IMG/VR virus record: IMGVR_UViG_3300027822_000294
Length of the DNA: 64,000 nt
Origin: a virus
Direction: 5' to 3' (one strand)
Positions 19,132 through 28,489 of this stretch are shown here, one piece after another; the stretch's first letter is position 1; every line of letters begins with the position of its first letter. The notes beneath the pieces are model-generated. The model was not told the origin of the DNA, made no database searches, and was given only the letters and a program-made list of their open reading frames with translations. The position numbers and the translations under genes are program-made.

Positions 19132-19579
19132 TTTTTCTAATACCTCCCTTATTTTTAAATACCTGAGTATTTACCATTTTTTTTAAATCCTCCTCCCCTA
19201 TTAAATCTTCTACCTCTAAACTTCTTACAAAATTATATCCATAATAATCCACTATTTGTTTAATTTTATCTGTAATTTTCCATTTAAACCATTTTGTTAT
19301 AACTTGTGTACGTCTTTCTAAACAAAAATAATAAAAATCATATTGTTGCTGTGGAGTTAAATTACTATGTTGGTTCATTATATTAGCATACTCACAAGTG
19401 TCATAAAAAAATGAATAATACCTGTTTGTTAAAAAGGGTATATAATTCTCCACCTCTTTATTATGTCCACCAATTTTTTTATTTATATTGTTTAATATAT
19501 CAAAAGGTGAAGCACTTTTTTTTATTGTACCATTTTTTTCATTATCTTTTTTTAATAATGTAGATGATTGAAGTTTCAT
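19115..19579 (-). CDS. gp62: Clamp loader small subunit gp62
   Basis: PFDILNNIN, YIPFLTNR, ANIMN, QYDFY, and synteny with gp44 and regA. Confidence 0.85.
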   Translation of the reverse strand: MKLQSSTLLKKDNEKNGTIKKSASPFDILNNINKKIGGHNKEVENYIPFLTNRYYSFFYDTCEYANIMNQHSNLTPQQQYDFYYFCLERRTQVITKWFKWKITDKIKQIVDYYGYNFVRSLEVEDLIGEEDLKKMVNTQVFKNKGGIRKNGTKN

Positions 19580-20553
19580 TTTTTAAATTTTACCTCCTGA
19601 AATATATTTACTAAACAAGCTATCAAATTTAATGTTTTATCTAATACAAAAGATTGCTTGTATTGATAATCTGCTAACAAAATAAGTAGCGATGGTATAC
19701 TTTCAGTGTCAACAACAGAAAATAATAAATCATATAATTCTGTATATATAGTTTCATAATTATATGGTCTTTCACCTAACAATTTTCTTAATTTATAAAA
19801 ATCACCCCCTTTTACATACTCCACAATTAAAGTTAAATCTGGATTTGTTTTTTTCAACACAGAAAATAAACCAACATCTAATTTATTATCATTAACAATA
19901 CAATATCTCTGAACCTCATTTATGATTTTCCTAAAATCGGGATAAAAATAAAGTATCAGTTTTGCCAGTGCTTTTTTGCCGGTGTCTGTAACTTCTATAT
20001 TTTCTTCATTTAAAATAAAAAGCATCCTCGTAAAAAATGAAAAAGATAATTGGGTTTTTTCATCGTTATCTTCTTTTAAATTAAAATATACAGTTGAACA
20101 CCTTGACCTTAGTGGTTCTATTATTTTATTTTCAAAATTAGCTGTCAAAATAAAACTACTATTTTTTGAATATTGCTCCATAAATGACCTTAAAGCTGGC
20201 TGTGTAGAATTAGCATTTAGATAATCTGCCTCGTCTAAAATTACAATTTTTCTTTTATTATCAAAAGATGTTACAGAACAGAATTTTAATATTTTATCTC
20301 TTATAATATCTATTCCATTTTGTAAACTTCCATTGATAAAAAGATAATTCAAATTTTGTTGCTCTGCCAATATCTTTGCAACTGTTGTTTTTCCTACCCC
20401 TGCTTGACCTGCAAATAAAAGATTTGTGTTGTTATCACTATTTACTATACTCATCAAAGCAGTTTTTAAATACTCAGGAAATATACAATCTTCAACTTTT
20501 TTAGGTCGATATTTTTCCACCCACAATATATCATTTTTTACCATATTTTTCAT
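19576..20553 (-). CDS. gp44: Clamp loader large subunit gp44
   Basis: LWVEKYRP, GQAGVGKTT, ILDEADYL, PLRSRC, YPDFRKIINE. Confidence 0.95.
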   Translation of the reverse strand: MKNMVKNDILWVEKYRPKKVEDCIFPEYLKTALMSIVNSDNNTNLLFAGQAGVGKTTVAKILAEQQNLNYLFINGSLQNGIDIIRDKILKFCSVTSFDNKRKIVILDEADYLNANSTQPALRSFMEQYSKNSSFILTANFENKIIEPLRSRCSTVYFNLKEDNDEKTQLSFSFFTRMLFILNEENIEVTDTGKKALAKLILYFYPDFRKIINEVQRYCIVNDNKLDVGLFSVLKKTNPDLTLIVEYVKGGDFYKLRKLLGERPYNYETIYTELYDLLFSVVDTESIPSLLILLADYQYKQSFVLDKTLNLIACLVNIFQEVKFKK

Positions 20554-20558
20554 AATTT

Positions 20559-21233
20559 TTATACCTCCACATTTATTGTACTGATAAAATATTCTAACAA
20601 TTCTAAATCTTTATTGCAATATGTAAATTTTAAACAAGCTGGAGTGAACTCAATTATATAATCACTTTCTATTATTTTTAAATCACTCTTACTTATACAT
20701 ATATCAAAATCTTCTGTTATATCCCCACAACTTTCTAATGTTGTAACAAAATTATGTTCTGAACTATTACCCAATTTTATTATAATATTTTGTGTTTTTT
20801 CTTCTCCTAGAAAATGACACCTATCATAATTAAAAATATTAGATATTTTTAATATTTCTTTTATAACCGATAACTCTATCTTTAATGTACCAATAAAAGG
20901 CTCACATTCAATATCCTCTTCAGGTGGAAGTGTCAACGTAGAAGTATCCGCATAGTAATACTTTATTTGTTTTGTCCCTTCTGTTAATAAAAGATACCTG
21001 TCATGGAAAGTCATATCTAATTTTTCAAAGTTAAATATTCCAATGACATTTAAAAATTGTGATACATCAAATATCCCAAAATTGATGGGAAATTTTGTTT
21101 GTGATATAAACTTTGCAAAAATATTTATTTCTGGCGAAAGCGAAGAAATAATATTGCCTTCTCGTATATATATACTATTGTTTATAAGAGCAAAATTCTT
21201 TAAAATCGTTAAATCTTCTAATTTTAATTTCAT
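20559..21233 (-). CDS. gp45: Sliding clamp gp45
   Basis: LTILKNFALINNSIYI, FGIFDVSQFL, IKYYYAD. SD GGGGAGG before ATG 21233. Confidence 0.9.
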   Translation of the reverse strand: MKLKLEDLTILKNFALINNSIYIREGNIISSLSPEINIFAKFISQTKFPINFGIFDVSQFLNVIGIFNFEKLDMTFHDRYLLLTEGTKQIKYYYADTSTLTLPPEEDIECEPFIGTLKIELSVIKEILKISNIFNYDRCHFLGEEKTQNIIIKLGNSSEHNFVTTLESCGDITEDFDICISKSDLKIIESDYIIEFTPACLKFTYCNKDLELLEYFISTINVEV

Positions 21234-21247
21234 TGAAAACCTCCCCT

Positions 21248-21691
21248 TTACTGTCCATCTTTGAATTTTATCCAATCAATTATATTCTTAATTAAGAAAC
21301 TCCTATTATGTATCATTTTTAATATATCTTCAAGATATTTTATTATTTGTTTTTGATTTTCTATTTCTGTCGTTAATTTTATTACATCATCATCACTTTC
21401 TACATAACTTTTTAACTCAGTTTTTAAAATTTTAAGATAGTTTATATCCCAACCTAAATTCTCACACTCTTCTTTGCTTAATCTACCACTATAATATTTT
21501 GATTTAAGTAAGGAAAGTTTTTTATACTCGGCAAGCAAAGAATTATATTTTTTTGATTGATGTAAATATATAACCCAATACTTGGAATGAAGTACCGGAG
21601 TTAAAGAAGCAGATTCCTCTAACTTTGTGTTATCAATTTTACAATCATTTTTCCATTCTTCAATAAAACTATGTTTTTTTTTTAAAACCAT
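21248..21691 (-). CDS. uvsY: Recombination mediator UvsY
   Basis: WKNDCKID, TPVLHSKY, IHNRSFLIKNIIDWIKF. Confidence 0.88.
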   Translation of the reverse strand: MVLKKKHSFIEEWKNDCKIDNTKLEESASLTPVLHSKYWVIYLHQSKKYNSLLAEYKKLSLLKSKYYSGRLSKEECENLGWDINYLKILKTELKSYVESDDDVIKLTTEIENQKQIIKYLEDILKMIHNRSFLIKNIIDWIKFKDGQ

Positions 21692-21750
21692 AAAATACCT
21701 CTCTTTTGAACTAGCCGGTAAAACCGACCAGTTCAATATAAAACACTACT

Positions 21751-22035
21751 TTATTCGTTAGGTTGTTTTTTTAACGCCTTTTCTAATAATTTTTCAACCT
21801 CAACCATTGTTGCGTCAATTATCTCTTGTTTAAAATTTTCTAAATCCAAACCATTATCTTCTTCTTTTTCTTCTTCTTTTGGTTTTTCTGTAGTTTCTTC
21901 TTTATTTGTTTTATTAGCAACCTGTTCTAACAAACCTGAGAACATACCAGCTAAATCACTCGCTCCATTGGGAAACATATTCTTTACACCTTCTACCAAA
22001 TTATCTAATCCTTCTGAACCTTTTTTCTTTGCCAT
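21751..22035 (-). CDS. Hypothetical late protein
   Basis: SD AGGAG. TATAAATA at 22077-22084. Confidence 0.6.
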   Translation of the reverse strand: MAKKKGSEGLDNLVEGVKNMFPNGASDLAGMFSGLLEQVANKTNKEETTEKPKEEEKEEDNGLDLENFKQEIIDATMVEVEKLLEKALKKQPNE

Positions 22036-22092
22036 GATTTTATACTCTCCTAAAATTTATTTTTGTATTATATATTTATTTATAAAAAAAAA

Positions 22093-22956
22093 TCAATATT
22101 TGATACCAATTATATTTTCTCTTTCAAAGAAAAATTCAAAAAAATTATACAAAGAGTGGTATTTAAAACTTAATCTATTTATATCAACTCTATGTTGAAT
22201 AAAAGCATATTTAGGACACATTCCTTTCCCAAATCGCCCTATAACATCATTTATTATTATATAAGATTTACAAATAGGAGAATATTCAATCTGTTTATAT
22301 CTATAATCAAAGCTATTAAAAAAAATTCCATTCTTTAATCCAAATTTTACACATACGTTTTGAGCTAAAAATCCACCCAAAGAAAAACCTGTAACCACTA
22401 TATCGTATCCTTTATATTTAGATAAAATATTTTTAATTATCCCATAGGATTGTGTTAATTGTTTTATTCCAACACTCATAGGTCTATTAAATAACATATT
22501 AAAATAAATTTTTATATTTGTTTTTATATCTCCTACTTCAATCCTTCCTTTTGACATATCTGTCCCATCAATACAAATTATAAGTTTTTTCTCATCTTTC
22601 TTTTTAAATACAACAACATCTAAACCAGACTTTAAATCTAAAAGTTTTGTTATAGGATACCACATATTAAAAACATCAATAATAAACTCCAAACTCTTTG
22701 ATTTTGTTACGTCATAATCTCCTCTCATAATTCTATTAAAATATTGCAAACTTAATTTGTCTTCGTGTTTTATATCTAAATCATTTGCCATGTATTGTAA
22801 CAAAAGTAGTGCTGTTTTATCTTCTGTGGATATAATTATTTTCTTTTTATTTTTCATATCAATTCTTTTTATTGGAAACAATAAAAAAATAGAATACCGT
22901 ATAAAAATATTTATAACTCTTATATAAATTTGTTTAATTCTTCTTCGTAATCTCAT
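22093..22956 (-). CDS. Alpha/beta-hydrolase (class-3 lipase/DUF2974-like)
   Basis: IICIDGTD, VVTGFSLGG nucleophile elbow (GxSxG), NDVIG Asp, HSLYNF His. Confidence 0.75.
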   Translation of the reverse strand: MRLRRRIKQIYIRVINIFIRYSIFLLFPIKRIDMKNKKKIIISTEDKTALLLLQYMANDLDIKHEDKLSLQYFNRIMRGDYDVTKSKSLEFIIDVFNMWYPITKLLDLKSGLDVVVFKKKDEKKLIICIDGTDMSKGRIEVGDIKTNIKIYFNMLFNRPMSVGIKQLTQSYGIIKNILSKYKGYDIVVTGFSLGGFLAQNVCVKFGLKNGIFFNSFDYRYKQIEYSPICKSYIIINDVIGRFGKGMCPKYAFIQHRVDINRLSFKYHSLYNFFEFFFERENIIGIKY

Positions 22957-22957
22957 T

Positions 22958-23737
22958 TTAATACTCCTTAATGATAATGTCTTTGTGAATTTTATTAAAT
23001 AAATCATAATTTATTAAAGTTTCTATTGTATCTAAATCTATAATATAATCCTTCCAATCATTAGTAATATTATTTATGTTTGTTTTATCATTAGTTACCA
23101 TTATACATAAAGATTGGGTATCTGTTTCTCTGGCATTTATTCTTTTTAAATCTTCGTCCCCATCATCAATAATTAAAACACACTTAAACAAATTTTCTGG
23201 CACTCCAATTTCTTTTTTACTAATTTTTCCTTTAGTTTGAAAAACACCTGATATTATATATAATTCTTTATCTGTTGTCTTTACTAAACTTCTCAACCAT
23301 TGTTCAAAATAATACCATACCTTTCGATTTGTAACACTAATTTGTGGCACAATATTTGTCATTACAAACGTCTCTTTATTTTCTTCTTTAATTCTTGTTC
23401 TATCACCAGATGGACAAATATGTCCTCTATCATAACCACTATTAGTATAATCGCTACTTAATACCCTTACAAAATTCTTAGGCAATAATTTATCTTGAAT
23501 AAACCCACCAATTCGTTTTATATCTCCTAAAAAACATTTTGATAAATTCCAACTTATTAACACCGGGATTTTTTCTTCTGTATCATACCTAATCGTAAAT
23601 GTTGAATGATTTAAAATATACTCATCTTTATTTTTTACAGCAATGTCCGTCAACTCATCACTTTTAACAACATCAGTGATAACTACAAAAATGAAAAATG
23701 TCATCATAACTAAATAAATCTTTAACCAAAAAAACAT
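22958..23737 (-). CDS. DNA/RNA non-specific endonuclease (NucA/Endonuclease_NS) with N-terminal signal/TM
   Basis: YTNSGYDRGHICP, TFVMTNIVPQ, N...W...E, VPENLFK. Hydrophobic N-terminus. Confidence 0.9.
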   Translation of the reverse strand: MFFWLKIYLVMMTFFIFVVITDVVKSDELTDIAVKNKDEYILNHSTFTIRYDTEEKIPVLISWNLSKCFLGDIKRIGGFIQDKLLPKNFVRVLSSDYTNSGYDRGHICPSGDRTRIKEENKETFVMTNIVPQISVTNRKVWYYFEQWLRSLVKTTDKELYIISGVFQTKGKISKKEIGVPENLFKCVLIIDDGDEDLKRINARETDTQSLCIMVTNDKTNINNITNDWKDYIIDLDTIETLINYDLFNKIHKDIIIKEY

Positions 23738-23754
23738 AACATTCACCTTTTCTT

Positions 23755-25473
23755 TTATTTTTTTAACATATTAAAACCCCTCTCGGTTTTAAATTCCAAA
23801 ATATTATTAAACTTACCCAAAATGTCATCATCTTTAATATGAGATATAATAAACAAATTTATATTACTCACTGCTAAAACAGACTCTACGAGCATAAAGA
23901 AATTGTCTATCCCCTCTTTATCCAAAGCAGAGTCTAATACTTCATCTATAACAAGTAAATTAGATACCATATTATTTTTAATTTCTATAATGTTTCTAAA
24001 AGCAAATAACACCGCAATATCCACACGTTTCTTTTCCCCCTCAGAAAAAGAATTATAATTTAATTTTTCACAACCAGTATTTAATATCTCTATTTCCATA
24101 AATTTATTAAATTCTAATTTATATTTTATCTCCGTCTTATTAAGATAATAATTGATAAATTGATTTAACATCGCTAAATATTTTTCTAGTGCTACTTGTT
24201 TAAATAATCCTTTCTGAAGTAAGCTATAAATTTCTTTTTTAATATACAATTGCTCATCATAATCTAATTCTTTCGCTTCCATTTCTTTTAAAATGCCTTT
24301 TAATTTATTTAATTTTTCATATATTTCTGTTGTTTCTGATTTTGTTTCTAATTTTATTAAATTCTTTTGTTGGTATTCAATATCCATTTTTATATATTCA
24401 ATGCTTTGTATCTTTTTATTTAATTTTTGTTCAATCTCTTTTAAATCTTCATATTCTATGCTTAATTTGCCTGCTTCTATTTTTAATTCATTTTCTTTTT
24501 CTTGCAAGACATTGCTTTTCTTTTTTACTATATCGATGTTGTTTATAGACTCAGCAATTTTATTATTTTTAAAATTTTCTTCTATAACCTGTCCACACAC
24601 CTCACATTTATTTTCAGAGTTATAAAATTTAATACTTTTTTCCTCTACTCTTATATCTTTCGATAAATCTGTCTGTTGATATTGATATTTTACTTGTAAG
24701 CCCAACAATTCTGTCAATTTTTCTTTAACTTTTTTTATATTTATAATTTGTTTTTTAAATATATCAATTTCTGTATAAATAGGCTCAATCTCTTTCTGTT
24801 TTTTTAAAATATCTTCTTTTAATTGATATATTTCGTCTTCATTATCTTTTTCAATTTTTTCTATAAACTGATTGTGTAATTTTATTTTATCTTTTATGCG
24901 GATTTTTAATTGCTTAAATTTTTCATACTCAGTTTTTAATTTATTCAACTCTTCTTTTTGCGTATTAAACATCGTTGTAAATACATTCAAATTTAATATT
25001 TCTTCTATCATATCTCTTTTATCTTTAGGTGGCAATTTCATAAAAGAGATAAAAGAACTTGACCCCAACATTATAAGTTGAGAAAATGCTTTTTTATCTA
25101 TATGTAATAAAAATGTTTCTAAAAATTCTTGCTGGTCAACACTACTTGATTTATCTATTAAACTATCATCTTTATATATATCAAATTTATTAGGTTTTAT
25201 CCCTCTTACTATTTTATAAAAAGTTTTACCTTTCTTAAATTGCAATTCAACTTTAGTATTAGATTGATTTATATTGTTAATCAACTGGTCTTTTGTTACC
25301 TTTCTAAATCCTTTGCCGAAAAGAGCAAAATATATAGCGTCCAGTATTGTAGATTTACCTGTACCATTCAACCCCATTATTAAAGTCTTCTTATGATTAT
25401 TAAGCTCTATCTCTGTATAGACATTCCCTGTACCCAAAAAATTTTTCCATTTTATTCTTTGAAATTCAATCAT
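23755..25473 (-). CDS. gp46: Recombination endonuclease ATPase subunit gp46
   Basis: WKNFLGTGN, GLNGTGKST, CEVCGQ zinc hook, SFSEGEKKRVD, IDEVLDSALD. Confidence 0.95.
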   Translation of the reverse strand: MIEFQRIKWKNFLGTGNVYTEIELNNHKKTLIMGLNGTGKSTILDAIYFALFGKGFRKVTKDQLINNINQSNTKVELQFKKGKTFYKIVRGIKPNKFDIYKDDSLIDKSSSVDQQEFLETFLLHIDKKAFSQLIMLGSSSFISFMKLPPKDKRDMIEEILNLNVFTTMFNTQKEELNKLKTEYEKFKQLKIRIKDKIKLHNQFIEKIEKDNEDEIYQLKEDILKKQKEIEPIYTEIDIFKKQIINIKKVKEKLTELLGLQVKYQYQQTDLSKDIRVEEKSIKFYNSENKCEVCGQVIEENFKNNKIAESINNIDIVKKKSNVLQEKENELKIEAGKLSIEYEDLKEIEQKLNKKIQSIEYIKMDIEYQQKNLIKLETKSETTEIYEKLNKLKGILKEMEAKELDYDEQLYIKKEIYSLLQKGLFKQVALEKYLAMLNQFINYYLNKTEIKYKLEFNKFMEIEILNTGCEKLNYNSFSEGEKKRVDIAVLFAFRNIIEIKNNMVSNLLVIDEVLDSALDKEGIDNFFMLVESVLAVSNINLFIISHIKDDDILGKFNNILEFKTERGFNMLKK

Positions 25474-25475
25474 AA

Positions 25476-26558
25476 TTATAAATTCTCCTCAGTTGTATTA
25501 TCGCTTATCACATTCTCATATAAATTTGTCAATTCTCTAATAATTTTATCTTTATGATTTAAATTTGGAGAACTGCTCATAATAACTTCATTAAAAATTT
25601 CCAACATGTCTATATTTTCTTTTTTCTCTAATTCTTTTAGTGTTTTTAAATCTATTGTATCAATTTCACTATCTTGTAAAATAGTAACTGTAGCATTTTT
25701 TTCTTCCAATTCTTCACAAAACAATCTCCATTTTAACCCATCATCATTATTTTTTATAATAACTTTTACCATTTTATCTTCCAGAGAACTATGCTCAGGA
25801 AAACTTGTTACATTACCGTTATCATAAACTACCTTACAAAATAAATTCTCCTTATTTTGAATATGTTGTAATTCTCTAGTATCAGTATTAAATATATGAA
25901 AACCTACAAGAGAATTAAAGTCCAGCCAAGTCAATTCATATGGCGTACCGAGATATGTTATATTATTTGATGTTGATTTTAAGTGAAGATGTCCTGAAAA
26001 AACATTTTCATATTTCTTAAAAAAACTTTCATTATAACCTTCTTCTATTGTATGTTGATTATGTTTGCTCATCTTAAAACCACAAATTTCAAGATGTCCA
26101 AGTAATAAATTTATATCATCACGTTTAAAAAATTCTTCTGTTTCTTTTATATTACTATCGTTAATCCAAGCCAAAAATCCTATATTAAAATCATCACCGC
26201 AAGGATAAACTGTATGATGTTTATAAATTGTTACGTTGGGATATTCTTTCAATAGAGGAATGATACTTACTTCAGAAGTATTATTAAAATATATATCGTG
26301 ATTGCCTAAAATAGACTTAAATTCTATATCGTTTTGTAACATATAATCAAAAAAGAACTCTTTTACTTCTTTTAATGTTTCAATATTAACTGTTTTTCGT
26401 TTATCAAAAATATCCCCTAAACAAAAGACTCTTTTAACTTCATGTTTTTTAATGTAAGGGAAAAATTGATTTTGGAAAAATTCTTTTTGTTTTTTTAAAT
26501 AGAACTTATTGTCGTTTGATTTACCGAAATGTAAATCCGTTATCAAAGCTATTTTCAT
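25476..26558 (-). CDS. gp47: Recombination endonuclease subunit gp47
   Basis: ITDLHFG, LGDIFDKR, LGNHD, GHLE, SGHLH, YLGTPYELTW. Confidence 0.95.
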   Translation of the reverse strand: MKIALITDLHFGKSNDNKFYLKKQKEFFQNQFFPYIKKHEVKRVFCLGDIFDKRKTVNIETLKEVKEFFFDYMLQNDIEFKSILGNHDIYFNNTSEVSIIPLLKEYPNVTIYKHHTVYPCGDDFNIGFLAWINDSNIKETEEFFKRDDINLLLGHLEICGFKMSKHNQHTIEEGYNESFFKKYENVFSGHLHLKSTSNNITYLGTPYELTWLDFNSLVGFHIFNTDTRELQHIQNKENLFCKVVYDNGNVTSFPEHSSLEDKMVKVIIKNNDDGLKWRLFCEELEEKNATVTILQDSEIDTIDLKTLKELEKKENIDMLEIFNEVIMSSSPNLNHKDKIIRELTNLYENVISDNTTEENL

Positions 26559-26596
26559 AAAATTATACCCTCACTAAAAAATATTATTTTTTAAAG

Positions 26597-26694
26597 ATGC
26601 CAGCCAACTTTCATTGACTGGCATTTGCCAAGTAGTTTAACTCTTCTCCAAAAGAAGGCGTAATCTACTCTGACTAGAGTCGGCAATCCGACTC
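26597..26694 (-). ncRNA. Candidate structured RNA upstream of gp47
   Basis: Three consecutive stems. One is 11 bp with a G-U pair and a GAAA loop only on the - strand. Confidence 0.4.
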
Positions 26695-26743
26695 AATTTT
26701 TATATTATTATATTTACTACCCAAATTTTTATATCCCTCCTTT

Positions 26744-26923
26744 TTATCTTCTTTTTTTTCTTCCTAAATTTTGACCGATACCCCTTCCTGTACCTCTGTT
26801 TGATGGTCTTATATCATTTACATTATTTACTGGAGTTTTAATAGGTTTATCATTACAAATACCCAAACCTCTACCAGTTTTTGCTCCCTCACCATTTCGT
26901 CCTGTCTTGTCCAATCCCGGCAT
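26744..26923 (-). CDS. DUF5320-like small Gly/Arg-rich protein
   Basis: MPGLDKTGRNGEGAKTGRGLGIC matches the MPxxDGTGPxGxGPxTGRGxGxC pattern. TATAAATA at 26950-26957. Confidence 0.65.
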   Translation of the reverse strand: MPGLDKTGRNGEGAKTGRGLGICNDKPIKTPVNNVNDIRPSNRGTGRGIGQNLGRKKRR

Positions 26924-26978
26924 TTTTTTATAACCTCCCCTTTTATTTTTATTTATAATAAAAGTACCACATTTTTTT

Positions 26979-27587
26979 CTACTTGTCAACATTTATTTTA
27001 TTTTCTTCTATCTTTCTTGCTTCATTTTCAATTTCTTTTGCTTTTTTCTTTTCTGCTTTTTTTGCCAGCCCTTCTTCATGTTTTACTATAAATTCATCAC
27101 CTGTTATTTGAAGATAGCTATTTACTTCCATGTTTTCATCAACACTCATAGTATCAATATATTTATTTAACAACTTATATTTTGTATATAATTGACGATT
27201 TTCTTTCATAATCTTCCTCGCAAACGTATTATATACTATAGTTGAAAAATAACAAAAAGGATTTGTTGATTTTGTTTCATCAAAATTTCCCATATATCTT
27301 ACACAATTTTCTATACCATCTAGTATCATATCATCAATATAAGTATAATTATTAAAGTTTGATTTCTTGGCTAAATTATTTGATATTACTATAAAATATT
27401 GCCCTATTACATTATATACTTTATCTTTAGCATATAAAACATCTTCATCTGGATTTTCCACCCCACTTAACTTATTATATTCAACCATTGCCTCATAAAA
27501 TAATTTATTGCTTACATAATCTTTTTTCGTTGAATCTGTTGGCGCTCTCTTTTTTCTTTTTTTTATTTGACCATTGACTATTGACAA
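26979..27587 (-). CDS. gp55: Late-transcription sigma factor gp55
   Basis: YVSNKLFYEAM, FNNYTYIDDMILDGIENC..Y..NFD..KSTNPFCYF. Probable TTG start after SD AAGGAGG. Confidence 0.92.
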   Translation of the reverse strand: MSIVNGQIKKRKKRAPTDSTKKDYVSNKLFYEAMVEYNKLSGVENPDEDVLYAKDKVYNVIGQYFIVISNNLAKKSNFNNYTYIDDMILDGIENCVRYMGNFDETKSTNPFCYFSTIVYNTFARKIMKENRQLYTKYKLLNKYIDTMSVDENMEVNSYLQITGDEFIVKHEEGLAKKAEKKKAKEIENEARKIEENKINVDK

Positions 27588-27588
27588 A

Positions 27589-27762
27589 TCAATCCTCCTT
27601 GTTAAAAATTTTTTTATGTTTATCTTTCCTACTATATTTAGTATCATCGTCCATAACCTTATTCTGATGATACATAAGGTTTACATGAGCCAATCTTTTT
27701 GTTATCTCAGGAACGAGATGTTTTAGTATTTTCTTCTTTCTTTTCTTTTTAGATTTTTTCAT
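27589..27762 (-). CDS. Small basic protein (57 aa), ArfA-like KYSRKDKHK motif, absent from the ORF track
   Basis: ATG 1 nt after the exonuclease stop. Its stop lies next to the gp55 SD. Confidence 0.55.
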   Translation of the reverse strand: MKKSKKKRKKKILKHLVPEITKRLAHVNLMYHQNKVMDDDTKYSRKDKHKKIFNKED

Positions 27763-27763
27763 T

Positions 27764-28381
27764 TTATATATTCTCTATAAATGTTTGTATAGTACCCTCT
27801 TGTTTTTCTAACATAATTATAACTTTTTGAGTAATGTTTATAAAATACATTTCCTTAAACATTCTTCTGTATAATTCAGTTTGAAGCTCATAGTCTCCAA
27901 TCCATTCTTTTTTCTTAGGTTTATTAGAAGTCTTAAAATCAATAACACTCAACACACCATCAAATTCAGCAATTAAATCGACTCTACCAGCCAATTTATA
28001 CTTATGAGAAAATAGTACAGCTTCAGATAAGACTATATTATTTATATGTTCTTTTAAATAGCCTTTCATTGTAGTTTTAAAATAATCATTTAACTTAGGA
28101 TGTATAGATTTTTTATATTGAATTGTTTCATTTTCTAATAACTGTTCACAATAACTATGAAACAAAGAACCATCGTGAGTTCCAGCATAAGACAATTCAT
28201 TCCAGTTTTCAATACCCATTTGATTTATAATTTCATCAAATTTATTCGGATTACGGTCTTTTATATAAGTAGTAACACTCTTATATGGATTATTACCTCC
28301 TATATTATATACTCTACCACCTTTTTTTGTGGTTTCTGTATAATTTTTGTATTCCTTAACTAACTTCACGTTCTTAAACAT
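27764..28381 (-). CDS. PD-(D/E)XK (Cas4-like) exonuclease
   Basis: YKSVTT, GSLFH..CE, SEAVLFS..YKLAGRVDLIAEFDG..SVIDFKTS. Confidence 0.85.
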   Translation of the reverse strand: MFKNVKLVKEYKNYTETTKKGGRVYNIGGNNPYKSVTTYIKDRNPNKFDEIINQMGIENWNELSYAGTHDGSLFHSYCEQLLENETIQYKKSIHPKLNDYFKTTMKGYLKEHINNIVLSEAVLFSHKYKLAGRVDLIAEFDGVLSVIDFKTSNKPKKKEWIGDYELQTELYRRMFKEMYFINITQKVIIMLEKQEGTIQTFIENI

Positions 28382-28404
28382 AATGTACCTCTTTTTTTAT
28401 TCTA

Positions 28405-28439
28405 TAATATATACTAACACATTTTTTTCTAAATGTCAA
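28405..28439 (-). promoter_or_regulatory. Early (sigma70-type) promoter
   Basis: TTGACA-N17-TAGTATAT upstream of the exonuclease. Confidence 0.75.
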
Positions 28440-28489
28440 GTCTTTTTTTACTTTATTTTTATTTTTTAGCAAAATAAATTTTGATTAAA

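Noticed and set aside
26597-26630. c-di-GMP-I riboswitch (GGCAAA...GAAA)
   Set aside because: Lacks the downstream GACGCAAAG and second-stem consensus.
27764-28381. Cas4 of a CRISPR system
   Set aside because: No Fe-S cysteine cluster, no cas1/2 and no array. It fits the stand-alone exonuclease usual near gp55.
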